From positions 1-64,000 of the forward strand of contig NOWV01000192.1 of assembly GCA_003344405.1 (NCBI GenBank): a DNA stretch of 64,000 nucleotides, written 5' to 3'. The DNA comes from Trichoplax sp. H2 (lineage: Eukaryota). The position numbers and the translations under genes are program-made. Under the pieces are notes generated by a model. That model was not told the origin of the DNA and did no database searches. It was given only the letters and a program-made list of their open reading frames with translations. Positions within the stretch are counted from its first letter, which is position 1, and each line of letters opens with the position of its first letter. This document shows positions 1 to 13,000 of this stretch, one piece after another.

Positions 1-1035
1 CCGTATCTATTTCATCATCTTAACTTTAGAATCTCTATTGATTTTTACATTGTCTTGTGTCAACAACTATTATAGATCGTTACACAAAAATTCGTTAACC
101 TCATTAAGTCCTGGAATGTTTCAAGGGTTACAAAATTTGCGTTACTTGTAAGCTACTATATATAGATAGATAGATACTAGCTAATTGAGAGTTCTTGGGC
201 AAGTCATTTTACATATATCTGTTAATCTTAATGTTGTCAATAACAATAATATTTTAGTTATTAGTTCTATATAAGATTTAATCCACTCATCTATGAGAAA
301 ACGTGTTTAGGCTTAATTATTACTAATTTAATAACCAACTACCTACGTCTAAACTACTTGTTAAAATAACGCTACGGATCTAAGTTATCCTTTATCAGCG
401 TTCAATCACTTTTCATAATAATACGCACAGTATATAGTTTTAATGTGATGCTTATCCTTCAATATGCAATATGGATTTAATTTAATTAATCGCTTAAGTC
501 ATCGAACAAATTAAAGTAAAGTGTATTGAAATTGTACTATATATAAAATATGGTATTGTATAAACATTATAAAGGTCTACCTTTATTTATTTAGGTATCT
601 ATACGAAAATAAAATAGAAAAGATTGCAGATGGAACTTTTACGCAACTGCCTATACTGTATCAAATGTAAATATTGAATTCTAGAAATCGCGGATATAAA
701 TTTAGACCGTATCTATTTCATCATCTTAACTTTAGAATCTCTATTGATTTTTACATTGTCTTGTGTCAACAACTATTATAGATCGTTACACAAAAATTCG
801 TTAACCTCATTAAGTCCTGGAATGTTTCAAGGGTTACAAAATTTGCGTTACTTGTAAGCTACTATATAGATAAATAGATACTAGCTAATTGAGAGTTCTT
901 GGGCAAGTCATTTTACATATAACTGTTAATCTTAATATCGTCAATAATTAATAGAAATGTTTATGAGAAAACGTGTTTTTAAGTTTAATCGTTTCTATTT
1001 TAATAACTAAGTACCTACATCTAAATTACTCATTA
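1..1035 (+). repeat. 706-bp-offset intragenic tandem duplication of an LRR exon-pair unit in gene 1
   Basis: 1-~160 is identical to 707-~866, including exons 76-147 and 782-853; similarity continues with more differences to ~355/~1035. Confidence 0.9.
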
Positions 1036-4000
1036 CAATTGCATTACTTGTAAGCTTCACGTGCGTATAAGAATAGAATTAGATAAGAAATGATCTTCAA
1101 ATCTATTAATTACTGAACATAACCAAAAATGAATTAGAAAATATTTGTGCTGTAATTACTGCCACCTGTGATATTTATATGGTCTTTTGAAAACTACCAA
1201 ATTAGTTAATAAGTCTAAGCTGCTGAATTTTAATTTCATGAATTTTAAAATATTAAAACTTTGATAAATAAATGTATCTCATTTTACAGATATAAACAGC
1301 TCGAGTGGATTGAATCTGTAGATAACTATTTTTGGGTGACTTATGAATTTTTATCTTTCATTCAGATACTTAGGCCAAAATAAGATAGAAAAGATAGCAG
1401 ACAGAACTTTCGCTAAACTCTACCATTTATACCACCTGTAAGTTATCATGTTATTTGATATTCAGTCTCAGTTATAAATTTGATGACTTTAAAGTAAATT
1501 GAAATCCCTTTGTAAATATATCTAGCGACTTGAAGTGCACATTTCAGAACAGATATTCGCTTTTTGATTTATGTTATCTAAATGATTAAAAATAATATTT
1601 CTATTCATATACTCGGGTAATATAGAAATTTAGAACAAAACTTGTTAACTGACTTAAATTCTCAGCAAATGTTCGATGGATTGTCATTTTTAAAGTATCT
1701 GTAAGTTAAATGCCTTAGGACTAGAAAATTTACCAATTAGAATCTAATCAAGCAGTCGATGTTAGCCTAGTTTATAAAATTTCATAATTTGTTTTTATTT
1801 TGACTTCTAAATAATATCAGCAACAATGCTGCTTTGATTTATATATTCTTTGCAATAAAATAATTGTGATAGGTTAGCGCGAGATAACAGAAGTAAAATT
1901 AACTCTATTCTTTCAGTTTGGTTTATTTGTCCAGGAACACTTTCATATCTACAGTTTAAAATATTGCTATTGCATTAAGGAGAAATATTAATGAAATTTA
2001 AGCACTTAATAAATGGCGATGCGATATATATTTACTAATCAAATGTTAATCTTATAATTTTAGTTACATGAGCGAAAATAAAATAAAAAGCATTAAAGAT
2101 GGACTTTTTTCAAGCTTTAAAGGGCTCAACTTACTGTACGTATAAAATAAAACGGCTTTAAATCATTTTAGTGATACAAAATTGCCAATATTTTAACTTG
2201 GAACTTATTCTCCATTTTCCTCTGATGATGTACGATACAGATGCTTGAAAGGAAATTTGATACAAACTTTCACGTCGCCAGGCGTATTTCAAGGATTGAC
2301 GAACTTGACAGATTTGTAAGTTATATTTAGATGTATGTCATCGACACAAAGCAGCTTGGCGACAAGATTTACGTAAAAACAATTTTAATTTCTAAAGTTT
2401 TCGGGATGCAGTATTGTCACAACCGAGATTGTAACACAAGAATTAAACGGGATTCTTTCCTCTAAAGTAGACTTAACTATCTAAGCAACTAACTCTAAGC
2501 ACTCTTTAATCAACCAAACTTAGATTCGAGTCTTAGACGATAGATTACTCACGTTAAGGATCAAAACTTTATTCTAGAAGCTATTTTATTAAAATGTCCG
2601 ATTGAACGCACAACTTACAATTACGACTAGCAACTGATAACCATCTGTCATCGACTAACGCAACTAACTCTCAATTAAGAACTTTGAGACTTTATATATC
2701 CTCACCAACCTCGTTGGTGCAAAAACAGTAATTAATTAATAACCCAGTCTACATACTTATTATAGCCAGAATCACAACACACTTTCTATGACATTTAATA
2801 TTAGTTAATTAGTAGCTAGGTGTCAACATATGATTCATCACACAACAAAATTATAATATTGATGATGCATTAATTAATGAATGTCACAAGTATCCTTTAA
2901 TTAATCACAAGAACTGAGACACCTTTACTTATGCGTTACAAAACTATAGAATTAATTTTATTCAATGACCTGTCGAAAGCTTAAATACCTTTTGGTAGTA
3001 GCTAACTTTGATGAATCGTCTCACAACAGTATTTATCGATAAGTACATTTAATGTCTGATTTTACCTAATCAGACAACAGTATATCCACTCTCGGAGTCT
3101 TTCAATACACCTATAATCTACCCTTAGTTAGAATTTCGATTAGAACAGCTTGTAATTTCTTCCAGTACTACATAAGAATTACATAATAATACAATATATA
3201 ATTTATTGTAACGCATTATAACTTCAGTAACTTTTACTGTGAGCAACTAATTGTAATCATCATATATGAATGTTATTAATTCAGTAAATTTAGTCATTTA
3301 ATTCTTCACGATAGTTTGTACAGCTACTGCCAATAAGTGTATATATTTGTTATATTAGTCGCACTCTATTTACATCTAAATGTTGATTTTTTTAAATGCA
3401 AAATGCATACTTATAAATATAAAAGTGATATTATTTGAAGAGAAGTGTTGTATGTTAAGGTGTAATATTCAGTGATTTTTAATGCTTGATAACAGATTCC
3501 GCTCAAATAAATGATAGCATTCAGCTAAACTTTCAATGTTTTTTTCGTAAGAAAAATGCGCTGACTTTCAAGAAATATAGAAAATCGTTATACCCACTAT
3601 GACATATTTTATTTCTAATCATATTCTGATCTGGTTAAAATCTAAAAAAGTTACAATTGAAATTTGTGTAGCAATATGACAGTGTTAAATACTGTATTAG
3701 AGTAGCAATATCTATGTTATGATAATTTTGTTAGCCTATCCTTATTTAGTTAACTTCTAATTTGGATATACTGTGTTTTAATATAGCACTGACTTTTTAT
3801 GACAGAGACACATATACACATACTGAAATTAATAGTTATAATAGGGAATGCAAATCGTCTACTTACAGTTCGAATCATTGTGATTGTAACTTACTTATGG
3901 TAGATTGTAAATTATCATGAAAATGTTTCGTGATAGGACATATCGTAATCTGACTATTTTGTATTAGTCATTACGTGTCTATGCTCGTAAATACTGTTGT

Positions 4001-7000
4001 CTGCATTAACGGAGCAGAAGCTAAAATTATAATCTAATTCAGTAAATGATTCCAATGTTAATTGTATTAACTATGACTCCCGAACTATTGAGGAATAGTA
4101 TATAAATGCAGTATATCGTGTGATAAAGAGGATTCTTAAACTTAGTATTTAACGTAAAATACGAGGCGTTTAAGTCTTTATGTAGTCTGCTAGTATAACA
4201 AAAGTGTTTCTGATAGTGCAGATATCGTTCCTTGATACGTGGTTCAAGGAAATGACTTATTGATCGTACACTGCATTATCTTGTTGCAAAGCTGTTTTGT
4301 GACAAGGAATAAACGTCTTATTGATATTTTCGTTATTTTAATGGATCAACTCATTATCTTCTTTTGTCGATTGATGGCGAATATTTTTAGAGAAGTCATA
4401 CGTAACTATTATCGACGCTGCAATGTAGAAGATAGTTAGAGCAAACTATATTCTTCTGATTATCTTATAGGAGACTGGACGGAAATAGAATATCGCTTAT
4501 TGCTGATGGAGTACTGGCACCACTTGGCAATTTAGAGTTTCTGTAAGTTGCTGTAAATCTTGATAAGTTTCTCATGTGGCTATTTTACTGCAATTAATTA
4601 TAATAGCTGCTCCTGAGAGTAATATTCCTTTAATAATAATATAATAAATTGAAGGTTGACTAAAGATCGATTTACTAACAAACTTTTACATGATTTAGCG
4701 CAATTTAAAAATCATATTCCTAATCTTTGTGATCTTATTTGTGACTGATAACGGTAGCAAATTCGGATTTCTGTTTGTGTAAACTAATCTTAATTGATTA
4801 ATTTACTTCGTAATAGCTGAGTAATTTTATTAAGTCCAATAAACCACGAGTATCCATCTTTAATCGCAAAATTTTCCATCAATAATTACGTTATTAAAGT
4901 ATTGTTTTCGCACCATTACGCAAGAGAAGTAAAATTTAAAGTTCATAGTAAAGCAATACTAAATATCGTACTTTACTTTAGCAAGCACTTTTAGAAATAT
5001 CTTTCTAAAGCAGAGAGTAAATTAAGGTCTATGTCTTTATACATACCTAATTTTGCATAATTGCTCTAACTTACTTAAACACTTAGAAATAAATGATAAA
5101 ATAAGCTAATTCATGATAGCTACTTAGAATAGCTTAATGTTTCTATTCGATATGGTAAAGTCCATACTTTTAATACTAAATATGATATTTATTGCTCCAA
5201 AATTACAAGTACTTTATAAGATAGCCAGTTTTATCTACATCAATATGGTATAGATTGCTATCATGTATGAGAAGTAATAAATGATTGTATTTTTATTCAA
5301 GTAACTGAGCAAGATTACGATTTTGATTAAATTAAAGATTACGTTATGAGTAACAGTACAAAAGTGTTCACTAATAAAACTGATTTCATAGGAACAATGC
5401 AGTCGAAGACATATTCTTAAGTTACGGATAATAAATTAACCAAAGTTATTTGTAAGATAGTTGTTATACAAATAAAGGCAATTTGAGTTATAAAAAGTTA
5501 TAATCAAATTTCTGTTTTGCGGTTCTTAGTTGTGGAAGTGAACGTGACCGTATGCGAAGTCGGTCATTTTGCAAACTGCCCTTGTAATTCAGATAATTTG
5601 TGACACATACACACTAATAACATACCTTGTAATTCAGAAGTTATTATAACTTATATATGAGGCCATTAAATACACATCATGAGATTCATGTTAGGAATAA
5701 ATCATCCGTTCTACCTAATATTATTTCATTGATCTATTTGCTATCTGGTAATATTTCTATAAAATTTTACGCCATCTTCACGTATAAATCAGGAAATATA
5801 CAATGAAAACGCTTATATTAGATGCAAAATTATCATAACTAATACTGATAGCAAAGGTACATTTCTAAACTTTGTTAGATTACCGCAATAGATAATTATG
5901 AACAGCGATTCTATAAGAAAGTGAAGATGGCTCTACGAACAATTTTATAGCCTTAAATATCAGAACTTAATTGTATAGCTGCTGATTAGTGTTTATTACT
6001 TTATAATATGAGTTGAACTGAACATTTTCTTGTAACGGAACTGATCAAATTTTAGCAATTTAGCAAACAATGGAATACAAGACTTGCGTTCTATGAGCTT
6101 TAGAGGTTTAACTAATTTGACTAATCTGTAAGTAATTAATGAAAATAACCTAGAGTACCTAAGACTTCTTATTTGTCATGTTTCAACTAACTATAGCATA
6201 CTGGCATCGATTATTGCTAATCAATTAAACTTATTAGAAATATTATACGGAACAAGATTACTGAAGTACCTCCCGGAATATTTAGAGATATGCCGAGACT
6301 AACAAAGCTGTTAGGATTCTATTGCTCACTGATTCTATATCGTAATATTAAGACTTATAATTTAAAATATCACTTCTGTACTACCAGTAAATCTGTAGAA
6401 TCTTCGTAAATACTTTCAATTATTTAATTATTTAGAATTTTTAAGAAAGTTTTTAAACGCTGAAGGATAAGATATTAAATGTATCTTTTCATATATTCTG
6501 TTAGATGGATGAACACAAATTTGATTAACAAAATTAGCCAAGAATCATGGGAAGGCATAAATCAACTAAAGTCGATGTAAGACATAATATTCTATAAATG
6601 AGGACCAGAAAAGAATAAGTTTTTACAAAATTTAATCTATTATGTTGTATGTTAAAGTGCATTAGGAGTACTACGATTATATAACACACAATGCGCGAGA
6701 AATTGACTATGATAAGGACTGACCATATTTGATCTTTGAGAAAGTTTTAAACTAGCTATCAAAAAATTGATGGTACCTGTGATTGAGGGTTCGATATCTC
6801 AGAGGATTGAGATTTAGTCGCCATTTACAATTATTACAACAAAGGGTTTATAAAAGTTATGCTTTATTGTAGGTTAGTAATGTGAAGTACAGTGAGGTAG
6901 TTACGGTAGATCAGCGTGCAGGCTGTCGTGAGTAACGAGTAGAAGTATTAGACTGTGAGAGACTAACTAGATGACTAACTGAGAGGCTAATGAACTCTGA

Positions 7001-10000
7001 GGTAGAAATCGCCGGTATTTATAGTTTTAAAGATAGAGCACATGCAGAGAATAGGATTGTGGAAATAGGTACAACGTATACCATAACAGGTTACAAAATA
7101 GCAGATAATTGTAGAAAACAGCGAGTACCGTAATAACTAAATACGGTAGTCTATATATGAATGTAGAGTAAGCGGACTGTAGATCTGTCTAAATATAAGA
7201 GCAATACAACATGTCTATATTTAAGAGTAGAATATAGTTACAGTATATTCTAAATACACTACAGTACCATTGCGAAGTTGACGTAATTTACAAGTCTTAC
7301 TGTTTAGATAACTTTTAAGATCGTCAAAAGCATATTCATGAGGATTAGTAGTTACTGAAAGCCGTTATTCGCTGACCTTACATGATAAAGTTATAGATAT
7401 ATACTATAATACTTAGATTATGCCCTTTTCATATTAATTCTATATGGTGCGCTTGTTACTGAGATATTGCCGATTTATCCATAGAGATCTCGCTATCAAT
7501 GCAATTGAAGAATTTGGTAGATCCGACTTTTCTTCGCTTACTCATTTGGAAGATTTGTTAGTAGTTGACATATCTGTATAAATATACCACCAAAAGCAGA
7601 CTATTTAATAATGTTAGTATAAAGTAGCGTAGTATTGTGATTGCAGACTATTAGCCATGCTAAGTATGAGTTACGGTAGTGTCGTTTCTATATTTATCTT
7701 ATGACGTATTTAGTAGCCCACAATTATAGACTGTAATAATAGACTCTATAATGGAGTATAGACGACTATATACAGTAAGATGTTGAGCTAGTAATAAGGT
7801 TAGAGATCAAGATAGAATTGTAAATCAGATAATAGGATATAGTTAGTTCATTGCAGTTTGAGTGGTAAGAGCAATGTCTACGCAAATACTGTAATCGTTC
7901 GCATATTGGATTAATGATGGTTCGCTATAAAATGTTGATACTAATAGTAACCTGAATATGTGTAAAATAAGGTAAAATGTTGCTATGCTGATTATAGCTG
8001 GGAAGGCTACGGGGATTATAAAAGCAAGCGAAATTAGATTTTTTGATTGCTATTTCTAGAAGTCTTTCAGTAGTAGTATTCGTCTAGAGTAGAGCTGTGC
8101 AGCTAATCTTTGTATTAGATCTAATAAAGTTCTAGTTTTCTACAAATTTTGAATTTTCGTGATTGGATTTTATGACAGCTAGTTAATTTTATAAACTCAT
8201 GATAACAATTATATACGATATCTACAGTAAATGAAGTCTTTCGGAGCCGTAACGAAAAAAATGCATTACGTTATAGGAGATTGAGCGTTAACTATTTGGT
8301 TGTCTTGGAAGATTATATATTTTCAAATCTGTCTAATCTCCAAATTCTGTACGTTAATTGTATTTATTTTCCGTCGTATATCTAGTTATGATAGTAAATA
8401 GTCGCCTATAGGACTTGTGGACTTGCTCTTGTTTGAAAGCTGTTTCCTTGTAACAAAATTTTTTCGAATTTTAGCGGGATACATGGCAATAGATTAGCTA
8501 TTATTAAATCTCAATCATTTTATGGACTCTGGAAATTAAAAACTCTGTATGTTACAATCATTTAATTTACTTACCCATAAGTAATTGTTAAGTAATTGTC
8601 ACTTACTTCAGATATATTTTGAAGTAAATATTTTTCAATCAATAATTTGATTCCCTGTTGAATTAGACTCATTTATAATAACGAAATCGAAGTAATCGAA
8701 CCTGGGTCTTTTTCCAATCTTACGGAACTTTCAACCATGTAAGTCTTTTCATTTAGACGAACTATCTAAAACTGTAATTGCATAGCAATGGTCTATTAGT
8801 TCTCAAAATAAAAGAATCCATTACTTAACATTAAAATAAGCTGTGTTAATCAAGGTAGTTAATATCATCAATGTTCTAATAAATATTTAAACAATCAATG
8901 ATATTAAGGAATTCATAACAGATAGTGGTTTGTTAACTGATATAAATATATTCTGTTTGTAGTTATTTTAATAATCAGAAATGTAATTTTAATATTATAA
9001 CAGTCACTAGAACATAATTACCAACCGTTCAGCTGCTATGAAGCTTTGTGTATTTTCATTTTACTAAAGGTTTTCCAAGCTATTTTTTGTGTTATTTTCC
9101 GCTGAAAATGTTATTATATCAATTGAAATCTCATTTTCTAGTATAAAAGGGTTGATTCTATTAAATAAAATTCAGTTGTGTTATTCACTTTTATAGCAGT
9201 TGCTCAGGCTGTATTAACGTGTAGTTAAGTTATAGTTATACACATTGAAGAAAACTTGTCTGTAAGATTAAGTTATATTATTTTAGTCACTACCATATAA
9301 TTGCAGAGCAGACATTAGAAAGACAATTTCACAGTGATTAATAGCTAGCAACAATTTCTTATCTAGTCGAGAGTATCATTTGATAAAGACTATGCTATCT
9401 TTGATACGCTCATGATTGGTTATTCCTGAACAGTATTTCCAAGTAAAAAACTTGCCATTTTCCCGTATGTCTTATTATTCAATTTGATGATAGCAAACTT
9501 CAAGCAGAAATAATTTATGTCAATTGAGTTATGAGTTCAGTTGAAGTAGCTAATGAAATATATTATGCACATAGATCAGAAGTTGTCCATAGGATAAATG
9601 GTAAAATAGCATTGATTATATCAATAGAGAAGCAATTATTGGGAGAGAGATTCTCCTTAATATCTTATTACGAAGTAGATTTACTGGATCATCAAAAGAA
9701 AAGCATACCTATTTTATATTAACTCCATGTATCGCAAACTTAGTACTGGCATTTATTGAAATCAATATTATTTATGTCAGTGATCAATTTTATATTACTT
9801 AAATTTTTACTTTGCTCACTTACACAATCCTTAGCCTAGTGCGTATTATAAAATTTTTTTATTTTTGTCTTCAATTAACAATAATATTTTTAATAAATTG
9901 TATACTTCAAGACGGTCTAACAGCTCCTATTATCTTTTAGTAATCTATCTTGGAACAAACTCGTATCTATCAGCAATAATATGTTTAGCAATATACCTTC

Positions 10001-13000
10001 ATTGACAGAATTGTAAGTAAAATTTGATTTTACATGGAGGAATTGGATTCTTATACTTTTGGATATGAATAGCTATTTATAACTGGAAGACTTAAAGATA
10101 AATTGTAATTCCTTTATTTTAGGTTGATCTTAAATAACTTTGTGATCAATATCAGCTCCAAAGCTTTCCGAAAATCAGCAAACATTCGCAAATTGTACGT
10201 CAAGTGATATATAATATTATGAAAGATATAATTAAATACTCATATAGTATTAACATTCAAATTGGAAGAGATTTGTCAGGAAATGGACTAAAAGTAATTT
10301 CAGAACAAACTTTCTCTGATTTAGTTAATATAAGAATCTTGTAAGTTAAGATTTTTCCGAATATGATTACATAACACTTGGCCTTGACTAATGCATTCTT
10401 TGCCTTACTCATATGGAATCATTTATAAATCTCCTTCATACTTAGAGAACTCAGAGTATGTTCCTTTACTGACATTGGTATATATTTGTTCTCTAATAGC
10501 ACTTTTCTTGAATATTTGTGAGTCTTTCTTGATATTTATGTACTCGTAATTGATTTCATTGATCAATATTCTATCAAAGAAAATTTAATGGACGTAAATC
10601 AATTATATTCATTTAATTAGAGATCTTGGAGGATGCAACATTAAAACTATTGCTTCTACAGCTTTTAGGAACTCCGTTTCGTTAAAAATAATGTAATATG
10701 ATTTACGACATTACATATCGCAATTATACTTATCAATTAGAGTAGTCGCTTCATACTGTTGGTCTATTCAAACTATATTCTACAAAATGATATCATATGC
10801 TTACCCATGAAAATTTAGCTTCTTTGCATTTGAAGAAATAGTCATTTTTTACATAATTGATACCCTACTTTTAATATTTCTAATTATTCGCTCTAGAACA
10901 TTCTAGAATTTAGTCAAGATACTTTACAGCGATGTGTATAGCATGAAGCAATTTGACACCGTTAAGAATTTAATTTCCTTAAACTATAGAAATTTATCAT
11001 CTACATCATTACGAAAATTACCATCCTATATATTTGGATCTAATAACAAGACAATCCTGAAAGAGTTGTAAGCATATGAAATAAGGCGTAAAGCTTAAAC
11101 AATTTTATATGAAATCACGAATTAACGAATAAATATAAACAAAATGACTACGAATTAATGTATAGAATTCTAATGTAATATCAATTGTACAAATTATGCA
11201 TCATAATTGCTAGCAAATTAATTAAATGGTAATGCATAGCAAGGCATGCCCATTTTTAACAAAATATTATTGTATATGACAGATTATGCTATTAAATCTT
11301 AAATATTCTCGACCAGGTACCTAAATAACAGCTTAATAGAAAGTATTGACGCAAAGTCATTTTATGGATTAAATCACTTGGAACTGCTGTAAGATTTTAA
11401 TTTTTATATTTATCTATTTTAGAACTAATTGTTACATAATTCAATCCTGAAATTTCAATTTAAAGAACTTGAATATTCCGATAGTTCATTTTTTGACATA
11501 ACGAAGCAAAGCAAATAGTTTCAAAAATTAAATTTTTCTACCACACCAGTCTCTAATGGATGGCCAAATAAATTAAATGCTCTTTTTCTTACTTAATATA
11601 TAAAATAGTAGAAGCTAGCCTACTTGTAGGTAGCGTGGTATGAACTCTGATTCAGTATTTACTCAACGTTGCAGATAAAATTTTTGAACAGTTAATAGTG
11701 CATTAAGTATCAATTGCATATGAAGTAGAGAGAAGAGTTTGTTTGCAAATCGGATGGCAAGAGTGTAATGTATTTAGTAATTAACATAGGTTACTATTAA
11801 GATTGATATTGAGCGTCACTTCCGATTTCTTTTATCGTTAATATCAACTGTTATTCTATTAGCCAGTTGTGACAGTGTTATATACTGTATTCGAGTAGAA
11901 ATATCTATGTTATGATAATTCTGTTAGCCTATCCTTATTTAGTTAACTTCTAATTTGGATATACTGTGTTTTAATGTAACACTGACTTTTTATGACAGTG
12001 ACACATATACACATACTGAAATTAATAGTTATAATAGGGAATGCAAATCATCTACTTACAGTTCGAATCATTGTGATTGTAACTTACTTATAGTAGATTG
12101 TAAATTATCATGGAAATGTTTCGTGATAGGACATATCGTAATCTGACTATTCTGTATTAGTCACTAGATGTCTATGTTCGTAAATACTGTTGTCTGCATT
12201 AAGGGAACAGTATCTATAATTAATATCTAATTCAGTAAATGATTTTAAAGTTAATCGTACTAAGTATAACTCATGAACTATTGAGGAATAGTATATAAAT
12301 TCAGTATATCGTACAATAAATTGGATTCTCAAATTTAGTATTTAACGTAAGATACTAGACGTTTAAGTCTTTGTATAGTCTGCTAGTAGAGCAAAAGTGA
12401 TTCTGATAATGCAGATATCGTTCCTTGATACGTGGTTCAAGGAATTGACTTATTGATCGTATATTACGTTATCTTGTTGCAAAGCTGTTTTGTGACGCAA
12501 GTATTTCTAAATTATTACTTATAATAGCAATAATTTGTTTGTAATACTTTGGAAACGCTGCAAACAATTATTTGAAACACCTCGAAATGAAGATTGCAGC
12601 TTAAATATACCTACAAAAGTATACTACTGCAAGTAATCCTAGTTTCTTTTCTAAAAGGACGACCTATAAGAGTTATCAATTTCTTATTGGACACCGTACT
12701 GTAATCTGCCTTAGTTCTCATCTACTTAAGATTAACTATTAAAAGGTGTCCATAATTGGTCACTAGTTGCTTTCTCCTAATGAAATAAAGAAGCCTTAAA
12801 CCCTAATAGAGGTTTCTTTACAGTTTTATTATTTGTAGCAAGCCTCGATTTGCAACAAATATAAATGAAACTTTATATATTAAATCAGCTACTATAATTA
12901 ATTCGTTAATTGAATGCAGATTATAAATATCATTTATGCTTTTAGGACATTAAGTACAAATAATATTCAGCATTTACCAGCGGACACTTTTCAATTTCTT

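Noticed and set aside
11955-12146. Recurrent small ORF 'MDILCFN..' (also 14565..14798 and 49276..49467) as a small-protein family
   Set aside because: All copies lie inside family A repeats and start at TTG; the copy at ~3762 has an in-frame stop. They are by-products of the repeat.
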